The notes beneath the pieces were generated by a model. That model saw only the letters and a program-made list of their open reading frames with translations, made no database searches and had not been told where the DNA came from. A stretch of 64,000 nucleotides of DNA from the NCBI GenBank assembly GCA_963751345.1, contig CAVVUS010000030.1, positions 288,001 to 352,000 on the forward strand. The letters run 5' to 3'. The stretch's first letter is position 1; every line of letters begins with the position of its first letter. The position numbers and the translations under genes were made by a program. Below, piece after piece: positions 20,408 through 29,372 of the stretch. The stretch is from an uncultured Chloroflexia bacterium (GTDB taxonomy: Bacteria > Chloroflexota > Anaerolineae > B4-G1 > SLSP01).

Positions 20408-20963
20408 ATGAACGAATCCGAAGCCAGATCTGAAACCCGCCTGCAAAAGTTCATGCACGGCGCACTGCGCTGGGCGCTCGTGGCGCTGTCGGCGTTTGTG
20501 TTGGGGGGGCTGCTGATCACCTTAGCGCTCTACGTCCCCACCCGGCAAAAGCTCGACAAAGCCAACGCCGCACTAGAGCAGGCCAACGCGACGATCACCG
20601 ACAAGACCGATCAAGTCACCACGTTGCAGGCGGACAACGAGACACTGCAAAGTGATCTGGATACCACTACGCTGCACATGGTCGTACTCGAGGCGTTGTC
20701 AGGTGTGCGCGGTGCCAGCCTGGCGGTGGCCGACGACGACTACGCCGGAGCGCGCCTGTCGTTGATCCAGGCCACTGAAGCGCTGAATACCTTGCCCAGT
20801 CTGCTTGGGAGTGGATCAAAAGGACGTGATCACCGCGATGCAACAGAGTGCAGCCCAGGCGTTGACCGACGTGCAGAGCAATCTCAAGTCGGCGCAGCCG
20901 GAGCTGGATTTGTTGGGGCAGAACTTGGTCCAGCTGGAGGACAGTCTGTTCCCCAACCCGTGA
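20408..20963 (+). CDS. Hypothetical membrane-anchored coiled-coil protein (frameshift ~20810)
   Basis: RBS AAGGAG; TM helix, then heptad-rich region. The shifted frame continues DQKDVITAMQQS...LEDSLFPNP* (TGA 20961-20963). Confidence 0.62.
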
Positions 20964-21031
20964 AACTAGGTGGACACAGAGAATCGCACCCGCAAGGAAG
21001 AGGAAGAGACCCTAGGTTGACAGGCTTACCG

Positions 21032-22060
21032 ATGAACAAGCGTGGTATCGCGACGGTGATGACTCTCTTGATCCTGGCGCTGCTGGCATGTGTCAGTGCC
21101 ACTCCGCCCGGACAAGCGGTCCCGCCTGCGTACTCGGCGCTCACCCCTTCGCCGTTGTCCGGCAACAACCAGGACCCAGCGTATGCTGCCGCACAGGCTA
21201 CGCTGGCTGCCGGTCAGAGCGAGATGATGGAGCTATCTCATCAGGCCACCGTGGTCAGCCTGGCTATGGCCCAGGCCGCGGGCGTCGCAGCACAGGCCAC
21301 GCTTGACTATCACCAGCGCCAGTTAATGGAACTATCCATCCAGGGCACCGAGGTCAGCCAGAACATGGCCCGGGCCGCTGCCACGCAGCAGGCCATTATC
21401 GAGCAAGCCCAGATGGCACAGAACGCTACAGCCACGGCTCAAAGCCAGGCGGTTGCGGCCACAGCTCAAAGTCGGATTGCGGTGGCCACAGCTCAGAGCC
21501 AAGCGGCTACGGCCACTTATGCTGCCTACGTACTGAACGTCACACAAACAGCACAAGTCCAGGCGATTGCGGACGCCCGGGCCCGCGGCACGGCCCAAGC
21601 GCATGCAACGCTGACAGCCTATCCATTAACGGCCACACCGGCAGCTGCGATCCAGGCCTCCATCATACGAAACCGGGATGCAAGTGAACGACGGGTATTG
21701 TGGCAGGACTCGGTCGTCACCCCTTTGAAGGTTTTCCTATCAACACTGGTCGTTCTCCTGCTCATCGCGGGCGGGGTGATGGCCTATCGCCGGCTAATGC
21801 CGGTGGTGGAGTATCGCCTGCGTAACCCGCGGGGGAACGGCAACCCGATCGCTTTGCCTCTGACGGAGGGGACGATCGTGGAGCTCCATCCCCATCAATA
21901 CCGACTCATGCAGGGCGAACTACACCCATACGGACACCCTGAACTTGCGAGCGATGAAATGCCTCAGGTGGAAGTCATCGACCCGTCTGAGCCATTGATC
22001 ATCAACTGGATTACCGAAGCCGAGCGCAAGCTGCGCACCAAGGGAGAAATCCAGCTATGA
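21032..22060 (+). CDS. Hypothetical Ala/Thr/Gln-rich lipoprotein with C-terminal TM helix
   Basis: MNKRG...LALLAC lipobox; (A)TAQSQA repeats; TM VFLSTLVVLLLIAGGVMAY. Confidence 0.65.
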   Translation: MNKRGIATVMTLLILALLACVSATPPGQAVPPAYSALTPSPLSGNNQDPAYAAAQATLAAGQSEMMELSHQATVVSLAMAQAAGVAAQATLDYHQRQLMELSIQGTEVSQNMARAAATQQAIIEQAQMAQNATATAQSQAVAATAQSRIAVATAQSQAATATYAAYVLNVTQTAQVQAIADARARGTAQAHATLTAYPLTATPAAAIQASIIRNRDASERRVLWQDSVVTPLKVFLSTLVVLLLIAGGVMAYRRLMPVVEYRLRNPRGNGNPIALPLTEGTIVELHPHQYRLMQGELHPYGHPELASDEMPQVEVIDPSEPLIINWITEAERKLRTKGEIQL

Positions 22061-22362
22061 GCGCCGACCGTTACCTTGCCGCAGCCCGCACTGTAGCCCG
22101 ATCAATACCAGGCATCCTGGCACAACGCGGGCTTACGCCGTTCATCAGCCGCTTTGTTCTGACCGAGACAGAACAAGGCCATGCCTGGCTGTTTGTTGTC
22201 CTGGAGATCGGTCCTCAACAGCCCCTAGAAGACTACGCTGCTGATGATGTGTTGGAGTATCTGTCCACGGCACTACACGGGCTTCCGGTCGTCATGAGCG
22301 ATTCCTACGGCCTGCGGTATGCCGTGCTTCTCGGTTCCCCAGATATGTTAAGAAATCCTTAG
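22057..22362 (+). CDS. Hypothetical protein
   Basis: 101-aa ORF, ATGA-coupled to the previous gene. Confidence 0.55.
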   Translation: MSADRYLAAARTVARSIPGILAQRGLTPFISRFVLTETEQGHAWLFVVLEIGPQQPLEDYAADDVLEYLSTALHGLPVVMSDSYGLRYAVLLGSPDMLRNP

Positions 22363-22382
22363 CTAGATAGGAGACGGAAATC

Positions 22383-22553
22383 ATGAAACTCAGTGCACCC
22401 AAAGTTGTCACATTCTGGATTGCCGTGGTTCTGGTCGTCATCGGGGTCCTGGCTTCACTGGGAAGCATCCCTGCACTCTCTGCCTACGCCCTCTGGCTGG
22501 TAGTCATCGGGTTCGTTGTATTGGCTCTCGGGAACCTCATGAGGAATATGTAG
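22383..22553 (+). CDS. Small two-TM membrane protein
   Basis: RBS GGAG; MKLSAPKVVTFWIAVVLVVIGVLAS...YALWLVVIGFVVLALGNLMRNM*. Confidence 0.7.
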   Translation: MKLSAPKVVTFWIAVVLVVIGVLASLGSIPALSAYALWLVVIGFVVLALGNLMRNM

Positions 22554-22654
22554 CACTTTCGCCATCCGGCAGAAGCGCCGCACAGGAGCCTGTGGATCGC
22601 GCCGCGCATCCCCCAGAAGGGATCGAGAGACGCTTCGAGGGAGCACGACAACGA

Positions 22655-22691
22655 GAGAGGGCGCGCCGAGTCAGCCTCGTGCGCGCCCTCT
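22655..22691. terminator. GC-rich hairpin between the convergent small CDS and tRNA-Phe
   Basis: AGAGGGCGCGC...GCGCGCCCTCT perfect 11-bp stem; U-tract weak. Confidence 0.5.
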
Positions 22692-22700
22692 GCTTGCCTG

Positions 22701-22774
22701 TGCCGAGACCGAGAATCGAACTCGGGACACATGGATTTTCAGTCCACTGCTCTACCGGACTGAGCTATCTCGGC
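22701..22774 (-). tRNA. tRNA-Phe (GAA), CCA not encoded
   Basis: Reverse complement GCCGAGATAGCTCAGTCCGGTAGAGCAGTGGACTGAAAATCCATGTGTCCCGAGTTCGATTCTCGGTCTCGGCA: acceptor stem, D arm, GAA anticodon, GTTCGA T-loop. Confidence 0.96.
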
Positions 22775-22786
22775 TAGGTGACGACC

Positions 22787-22814
22787 ATTGTAATAAAAGT
22801 GCCGCATTTGTCAA
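22787..22814 (-). promoter_or_regulatory. Sigma70 promoter of tRNA-Phe
   Basis: TTGACA-N16-TACAAT on the minus strand, 12 nt upstream of the tRNA. Confidence 0.75.
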
Positions 22815-22972
22815 GATGGATACTTCCAAACTTTCAAGAGCGTCAGAGACTATGGCGGTGTCCCAACCGGAGAGCCCAAAGCAGAGTCAACGATATAGCG
22901 GTTACGACGCCTAATTGCGTAGATATTGCAGAAGACGCATCCTAACGCCACGATAGGGTACAAATATCCACC

Positions 22973-24181
22973 TCAGTGTTTGTCATCAGTACCCTCAAAT
23001 ATAGCCAGAGATGCAATTACACCACAAAACAGAAACGAAAGGCCATAACTCGTCATCCGAAAGTCTAGAGCAGCACGTTGTACCGATGATAGCACCACTG
23101 CACACATTATAGGGATAGCCAAAACAATTGTGCCGTGCCCGAACATTACACTAAGATTGGTGCTTCCTCTCCAAGAAGATAAATACAGAGTGACAATTCC
23201 AGTCAGAGCAACTATGACGAGCTCTGGGTGAGGAAGAACCCCCCGAAATTGCCCAAGCTTGCCAGCCGTGTGAAGAGGCGAAAACCCGTGAGGATCATAG
23301 AGATAATACGGCAATGTAACCATAAAAAACACTAGGCAAACGATGCCACACTGGAAAAGTGCGTAGCGCCAGCCACGAAGCCGGACCAGGGTAGCAAACG
23401 CCAAAGGCAGTAGGAATATGAAGTTCAGCCGCGATGAAAGGCCGATGCCCAGCAATACTGCGCTTAGGATAGCTTGCCATCTTCGCCGATTCTGTAACTG
23501 GGCGGACTTGACCAGCCACAACATGAAAACGATTACGTAGATGCTATTTGCTAGTAGGTCTCCACCTGTGACAAGTTCCCGCATAACGCTGGGAGAGAAG
23601 ACAAGTACCACCCAGAAGACAAACAGAGGCTTACTCCAGCTTCTTGTGAAGGACCGACACATTATCACAAAAAGCAGCAGCCAGAATAGGTTCTGATAGG
23701 CGCTGTTGCCGAGCAGCACAAATGGCACAGCCAGAATCATCGCTCCAGGCAATGGACTGATTGGATTCTGTAGGTAGGTCCTCAAATAATAGGGATATTC
23801 TCCGCGCAATACTGCTCGTGTACCAATTTCGAGAGCATCGTCACGATCCGATCCAGGACCTAGGGCTCCGGAGTTGGCCAATGGATAGAGTATACGAAAC
23901 ACTACGAAAAGCGTAATCCATGTAACCGCCAGCAACCGCAGTGCAGCTCGCTCGCCAACTATGGGAACCCTGACCCGCTGGACTAGAACGTATCCGCAGT
24001 AAACCAACGTCCCCCCAAGGAGTGCATAAAGAATCGCACCGCCTACCCCTAAGTACTTTTGAATAGTCGCCATCGATGGGATGAGAAGTGAGAAACTAAG
24101 AAGCATAGTCCCTTCGAACCCCGATGATTCCAACTGTGACATTGCGTTTCGACTCCTAGAGTTTTGGCACCGAACTAGCAC
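22973..24181 (-). CDS. Low-GC polytopic membrane protein, GT-C/GT87-like glycosyltransferase candidate
   Basis: About 10 TM helices; GSDRDDAL...LRGEYPY...NPISPLPGA loop pattern resembles GT-C enzymes. The start is more likely the downstream ATG (MSQL). Confidence 0.55.
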   Translation of the reverse strand: MLVRCQNSRSRNAMSQLESSGFEGTMLLSFSLLIPSMATIQKYLGVGGAILYALLGGTLVYCGYVLVQRVRVPIVGERAALRLLAVTWITLFVVFRILYPLANSGALGPGSDRDDALEIGTRAVLRGEYPYYLRTYLQNPISPLPGAMILAVPFVLLGNSAYQNLFWLLLFVIMCRSFTRSWSKPLFVFWVVLVFSPSVMRELVTGGDLLANSIYVIVFMLWLVKSAQLQNRRRWQAILSAVLLGIGLSSRLNFIFLLPLAFATLVRLRGWRYALFQCGIVCLVFFMVTLPYYLYDPHGFSPLHTAGKLGQFRGVLPHPELVIVALTGIVTLYLSSWRGSTNLSVMFGHGTIVLAIPIMCAVVLSSVQRAALDFRMTSYGLSFLFCGVIASLAIFEGTDDKH

Positions 24182-25077
24182 ACGATCGTCTCAAGGACCG
24201 CGTTCTGGGCGTGCAGCAGGTCGGCCTTGGCCTCGTAGACGTGATGGCCCAGATAGGCCATCGCATCCTCGGAGACCTCCTCACCCCGCGTGACGGGCGG
24301 ACAGGGCAGGAAGAGGACGTCAGGCGAGGCAGCTTTCAGCCGCTGGGCCGTGATCTGATAGGGAAGAAAGCGCTCCGCCACGCGGACGGCCTCGTCCTGA
24401 CCGGCACGGGCGGGCCAGCAGTCGGTGTAGACGACGTCGGCGTCCCTGAGCCCGGACACCAGGTCGTGGGTGACGTGCAGGCTACCGGTCGCGCCCTGCT
24501 GCACCGCCGACAGGAACGATGGGGCGACTGCGTACCCCTCGGGGCAGATCTGCACCACCTCAATCGGCAGCCGCGCGGCGGCCTCGAACCAGGGATGGCA
24601 GAGGTTCGTCGCCTCGCCGACAAACGCGACTTTGAGCCCGTCGAGGTGCCCGCGCTTCCGGCGGATATAGGCCAGGTCACCCAGGATCTCGCAGGGATGG
24701 TTGAAATCCGTCCGCGCGTTGATGACGGGGATCGCAGCAGCGGCAGCCAGACGCAGCATATGGCTGTGCAGGCGCGTCCGGGTCACGATACCGTCAAACC
24801 AGTTGGACAGATATGCTGCCACGTCCTCGATCGACTCCCGCTCGTCGAGCCGCCCGGGAATCCGGACGCCGATCCCGCCCATGGAGGCGATGCCCAACTC
24901 GAAGGCAACGCGGTTGCGAAAGCCCTCAGCATCCCAGATCAGCGCCAGGGACTTGCCTTTGAGAGGCTGTGGCATCTCCTTGAGCCGCCACGCCTCGCGC
25001 AGGGTGTCGGCAAGGTCAAGCAGGTCCGTGATCTCAGGCTCAGTGAAATCGAGGAACGTGACAAAGTCCTTTGGCAT
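24175..25077 (-). CDS. Ornithine carbamoyltransferase-family protein with divergent motifs
   Basis: LKGKSLALIW, ESIEDVAAYLS, PVINARTDFNHPCEILGD, DVVYTDCW, LPCPPVTRGEEVS; lacks STRT and HCLP. Confidence 0.8.
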   Translation of the reverse strand: MPKDFVTFLDFTEPEITDLLDLADTLREAWRLKEMPQPLKGKSLALIWDAEGFRNRVAFELGIASMGGIGVRIPGRLDERESIEDVAAYLSNWFDGIVTRTRLHSHMLRLAAAAAIPVINARTDFNHPCEILGDLAYIRRKRGHLDGLKVAFVGEATNLCHPWFEAAARLPIEVVQICPEGYAVAPSFLSAVQQGATGSLHVTHDLVSGLRDADVVYTDCWPARAGQDEAVRVAERFLPYQITAQRLKAASPDVLFLPCPPVTRGEEVSEDAMAYLGHHVYEAKADLLHAQNAVLETIVC

Positions 25078-25086
25078 TCTCTCTCC

Positions 25087-25653
25087 TCAGTTCAGTCGGC
25101 GCCCGACCTGCCTGCGCCGAATCGCAGCCACAATCGCGATGAGCAACAACACGAAACTGCCACCGACGAAGAGCCACTTGACCGGCGTGAAAACAGAGGC
25201 GAGTAGAGCTATCACCGGGGTTGGATCAGGATAGCGGGCCATCACGACGGAGGCGGAGACGTTCTCCAGATAGTCGAAAAGCGCGCCGACAAGCGGGGCC
25301 AGATTCGCAAGCTGCCATCGCGAATCGGACGCAAATGATCTACGCGTCAGCCAGCTAATCGACGTCACCAGGAAGAACGTGTAGACGATCGGGAACACCA
25401 GGTCAAAGGTGAAGCGGGCCCGGATGTAGTCGGCCCGGCCTTGTGCGCCGTAAGCCTCCGCCATCCGGTAGAGATCGCGTGGGGTGTAGAAGAAGGAGGT
25501 AGTCGGGGGACCCGACGTCCTCGGTGCCAGCAGACCTGAGCCGACTGTGCGGGCAGCACAAAGCGCCATGAACAGCAGGAATACTACAACTGCGCCGAGC
25601 GTCACCCAGCCCGTGGAGACATGGTGCAGCCAATTGGACATGCGCGTCAACAT
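25087..25653 (-). CDS. Hypothetical membrane protein (probable indels)
   Basis: TM helices; FFYTP..LY.MAEAYG.QGR..Y...TFDLVFP, ALFDYLEN. Confidence 0.65.
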   Translation of the reverse strand: MLTRMSNWLHHVSTGWVTLGAVVVFLLFMALCAARTVGSGLLAPRTSGPPTTSFFYTPRDLYRMAEAYGAQGRADYIRARFTFDLVFPIVYTFFLVTSISWLTRRSFASDSRWQLANLAPLVGALFDYLENVSASVVMARYPDPTPVIALLASVFTPVKWLFVGGSFVLLLIAIVAAIRRRQVGRRLN

Positions 25654-25696
25654 TCAGCACCCCCGCCAATGACCGGTCGACACTGCGTCCAGCCCG

Positions 25697-26245
25697 TCAT
25701 GGCATCACCCGGGCCTCTTCCAACGGCCAATAGATCAGGATGACGTGACCTTCCACCGCCTCAATCGGCACAGGGCCCAATGCGCGGGAGTCGAGTGAAT
25801 TGGCACGGTTGTCACCAATGACAAACACGTATCCTTCCGGCACCTTCTGGGGAGGGCAGTCCGGCCCTCCCAGGTACGCAACCCACGGCTCGTCCAACCA
25901 CTCGCCATCGATCAGCACGCGCCCGCCTCGAACATCGATGGTCTCACCGGGCAAGCCTATCACGCGCTTTATCAGGGACACGGCTGTGCCGGGCCGATTT
26001 ACGACGACGACGTCACCACGATGAACCGGACCGAACCGATAGGACACCTTCTCCATCAGGACACGATAGCCGACATAGAGCGTCGGCTGCATACTCGGAC
26101 CGTTCTCGACCGATGCGGCTTCTGCAACGTAGACATTGATAAAGAGCGCCACTAACAGCGCGGGAATCACCGTGACGAGCAACTCCCTCAATGCCTTGCA
26201 CGCCCATATGGGCGCCCTCTCGATCCATTGTCTGTTCATCATCAT
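25697..26245 (-). CDS. lepB: Signal peptidase I
   Basis: GPSMQPTL (Ser), [11 protein letters not shown] (Lys), GDNRANSLDSR. Confidence 0.92.
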   Translation of the reverse strand: MMMNRQWIERAPIWACKALRELLVTVIPALLVALFINVYVAEAASVENGPSMQPTLYVGYRVLMEKVSYRFGPVHRGDVVVVNRPGTAVSLIKRVIGLPGETIDVRGGRVLIDGEWLDEPWVAYLGGPDCPPQKVPEGYVFVIGDNRANSLDSRALGPVPIEAVEGHVILIYWPLEEARVMP

Positions 26246-26394
26246 CGCGTCTCCCTCCGACAGTCGTCGGAATCTCGCGGCACATACCGAGCCTTCCAGC
26301 CGGCAGACTCGGTCTCGTCAACCGGGCCCGCTGATCAACAAGAGATTTTTGCGTCGCTTCCCGTGCTGACATTGGCCATTTCAGGCAAAGCCAG

Positions 26395-26508
26395 TATAAT
26401 GGGTGCTTGTGTTTGCGACCAGCGAGGTCGCGACGTCTAATATCAAGCAGTTTTCGCATCGTAGGGCCAGGAGTGCGACTTGGCTCGCGGAGCCAAGGAG
26501 TACACCAA
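26395..26508 (+). promoter_or_regulatory. -10 box and structured 5' UTR of the DEAD-box helicase
   Basis: TATAAT 26395-26400; several stems, the last (CTTGGCTC/GAGCCAAG) overlapping the SD AAGGAG. Confidence 0.5.
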
Positions 26509-27703
26509 GTGAGTTTCACACAGTTTTCACTCGACCCGCGCATCATGGGCGGCGTCGAGTCGGCGGGTTATACCGAGCCCACCCCCATTCAGCAGCAAGC
26601 CATCCCCGTCGTCCTCAAGAACCGTGACGTGATGGGCATCGCCCAGACCGGCACCGGCAAGACCGCAGCGTTCGCGTTGCCCATTCTGAACCGGCTCATC
26701 CAGAGCCGATCCCGCCACGTGCGAGCGCTGATCCTGGCGCCCACGCGCGAGCTGGCAGAGCAGATCCACGATATGATCGGGGAGCTTGGCCGGCAGACAA
26801 AGGTCCACAGCATCACCGTCTACGGCGGCGTGAGCAAGAATCCCACAGGTCGAGGCACTCCGGAGAGGCGCGGACATCGTCGTCGCATGCCCGGGACGGC
26901 TGCTCGACCTCCTGGGCGAACGTGCCATTGACCTGTCACACGTCGAGGTCCTGGTCCTGGACGAGGCGGACCGGATGTGCGATATGGGCTTCCTGCCCGA
27001 CATCCGCCGCATCCTCAAGGTGCTACCCGCACGGCGCCAGACGCTCTTCTTCTCGGCGACCATGCCTGACGATATCCGGGACCTGGCTGCCCACATCCTC
27101 AAGGATCCGGTCACGGTGCAGGTCGGCATGATCGCGCCGGCCAAGACGGTGTCGCACGCGCTCTATCCGGTGCCCCGGCACCTCAAGAAGGATCTGTTGC
27201 TGACGATGCTGGACCGAACCGCCACGGGGCGTGTGCTGGTCTTCACCCGCACCAAGCATCGTGCCAAGAACCTCGCGCGCGACCTGGCCAAGCAGAACAT
27301 CCGGGCTGCCGCGCTGCAGGGCAACATGTCGCAGAACCAGCGGCAGCGGGCGCTCGACGGCTTCCGCAGCGGCAAGGTCGACATCCTGGTCGCCACCGAC
27401 GTCGCCTCGCGCGGCATCGACGTGGCGGACATCACGCACGTGATCAACTTTGACATGCCCGACACCGTGGACGCCTATACCCACCGCATCGGGCGTACGG
27501 GCCGTGTGGATGCCACCGGCGAGGCGCGGACCTTCGTCGAGCAGGACGATGAGCCGTTGGTACGCCAGATCGAGCACTTGCTGGGCAAGCGCATCGAGCG
27601 GCGGCGGCTGGAAGATTTCAACTACGGCGCGCCGGCCCCGCAGTCTCAATCGCAGGGCAATCGCTCCCGCGGATCGCGTCCGCCGCGGTCGCGACGGAAC
27701 TAA
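26509..27703 (+). CDS. DEAD-box RNA helicase, RhlE-like (frameshift ~26845)
   Basis: PTPIQ, AQTGTGKT, LAPTRELA, LDEADRM, SAT, VATDVASRGID, YTHRIGRTGR. Confidence 0.93.
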
Positions 27704-27716
27704 CGCAAGCCAGATC

Positions 27717-27751
27717 ACAGGCCCCCGGTTGAAGCCGGGGGCCTGTTTTGT
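27717..27751 (+). terminator. Rho-independent terminator
   Basis: ACAGGCCCCCGG-TTGAAG-CCGGGGGCCTGT-TTTGT right after the helicase stop. Confidence 0.85.
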
Positions 27752-27819
27752 AGGGAGCATCAAGATTGGACCAGTGAGAAGGCCGCACGGGGATGAAGTC
27801 CCCGTGCTACCAAGGCGGC

Positions 27820-27909
27820 GCCCGATGAATCGGGCTTTCAGACTCACAACCGAACCCCACTGCGCGGGACGCTGCCACCTGGCCCCGGAACCGATAAATC
27901 GGCACCTAC
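27820..27909. repeat. REP-like palindromes in intergenic region
   Basis: GCCCGATGAATCGGGC and CCGATAAATCGGCACCTAC (reverse complement begins GTAG, typical of REP families). Confidence 0.45.
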
Positions 27910-27923
27910 GAACCCCAGGTCTG

Positions 27924-29283
27924 TCAGCGCGCTATTGCCCGCTCGCGGAGGATCTCGCTGAGCGGGTCGGCATGCCAGTGGGGTTTCGCCATCTGCGCCT
28001 GGATCCAATCGTCCATCAGGGCGCTGCACGCTGCCACGACGTCGGGCGCGTCGGCGGCGATGTTCGTCGTCTGGTAGGGGTCTGCCGTCATGTCATAGAG
28101 CTCGACGGGATCGAAGGCGTAGCCGTAGTCGTCGTAGGTGCGGATCATCAGGTGCGTCCGCGTGCGGACGGCGCGCTGGACGGTGTAGAGGCCACAGTCC
28201 CAGACGAGGGTGTCGCGGTCCAGCCCGTCAGGCCCCTGCAGGTTGGCCTTGAACGATGCGCCGTCCCATTCAGGCGGCGAAGGGATATCGAGCAGGTCGC
28301 AGAGCGTCGGCGCCAGGTCGACGTTGTAGAGGAAGGCGTCGGAGTGCCTGTCCGCGGCGGCGAGGCCGGGCGCCCGCACGATCAGCGGGACGTGGTGGAT
28401 GCACTCGTCCGCACAGACGTGATCCGAGTAGATGCCGTGCTCGCCGAAGGCGTCGCCGTGGTCGGCAGAGACGATCACGACCGCGTCGTCCAGGACGCCC
28501 TGCCGGTCCAGCTCGTCAAGTACCTCGGCAACATGGCTATCGGTGTAGGCGATGGCGGCGTCATAGCCCGTGACCATGTGCTCGAAGTCGGCACGGGAGG
28601 CGACCGCTCCGGGCATCAGGGGATAGGGGCTAACGTTGTCGCGGAACTGGCCCTGCGCCGTGAACGGCCCGGTGATCGCCTGGTGCGCGCGGATCGCGGC
28701 CTCGTCGGGCCAGGCCTGCGGGACCGGCGTATCCTGGAACCGGTCCGCCCACGACGCATCCATCTTGTAGGTGCGGTGGACGTCCCAGTAGTTGACGTGG
28801 AGGACATAGTCCTCTCGCTGAGCGTTGTGCTTGAGCCAACGGAGCACGGGCGCATTGACCTCGTCCGCGGTCTCGGCGCCGCCCTTGAGGTTGGGGGTGT
28901 GGAACTCGGACCAGCCATACATAAACCAGAGCGCGTTGTGGCGGTCGGCGAAGTTGGAGAAGCTGATGGTGTCGTAGCCGTGGCGCCGCAGTTGGCGCAT
29001 CAGCATCTCGTTGTCGGGCTGCGGCCCGCCGTAGGTTCGGGTCTGCAGATTGAACCGCGCCCCGGCCCCGTGGTTGGAGATCACGCCGTTGCGGATGCCG
29101 AAGCGCCCGGAGAACAAGCGCCGTCCGCGAGGGCAGACAGGGGGAGCTGGCGCAGTAGTAGTGGTCGAACGCGGTGCCCTCCGCGGCAAGCGCATCGAGG
29201 GTGGGCGAGGTGGGCCGCTCGTAGCCGTAGCAGCCCAGGTGATCCGGTCGAAGGCAGTCGATGTCGAAGTAGATGATGCGCAT
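27924..29283 (-). CDS. Sulfatase (frameshift ~29115)
   Basis: [25 protein letters not shown] (CxPxR formylglycine motif), [24 protein letters not shown]. Confidence 0.9.
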
Positions 29284-29372
29284 CTGTGATCTCCTCTCGC
29301 CAGATCCGACAGGACCAGATTCTTCGCCTTCGGCTAAGAATGACTTCCCCCAGCGATTGACTTGACCGTCTA

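Noticed and set aside
20339-22060. Single 573-aa protein in the ORF track
   Set aside because: An artefact of an indel ~20810. The middle is out-of-frame sequence; two genes with their own stop and start explain it better.
3000-22700. Integrative element or prophage inserted at the tRNA-Phe 3' end
   Set aside because: No integrase, transposase or phage gene, and no convincing duplicate of the tRNA 3' end (GCCGAGCCGAACTC near 2884 is too weak). Island status is left as inference only.
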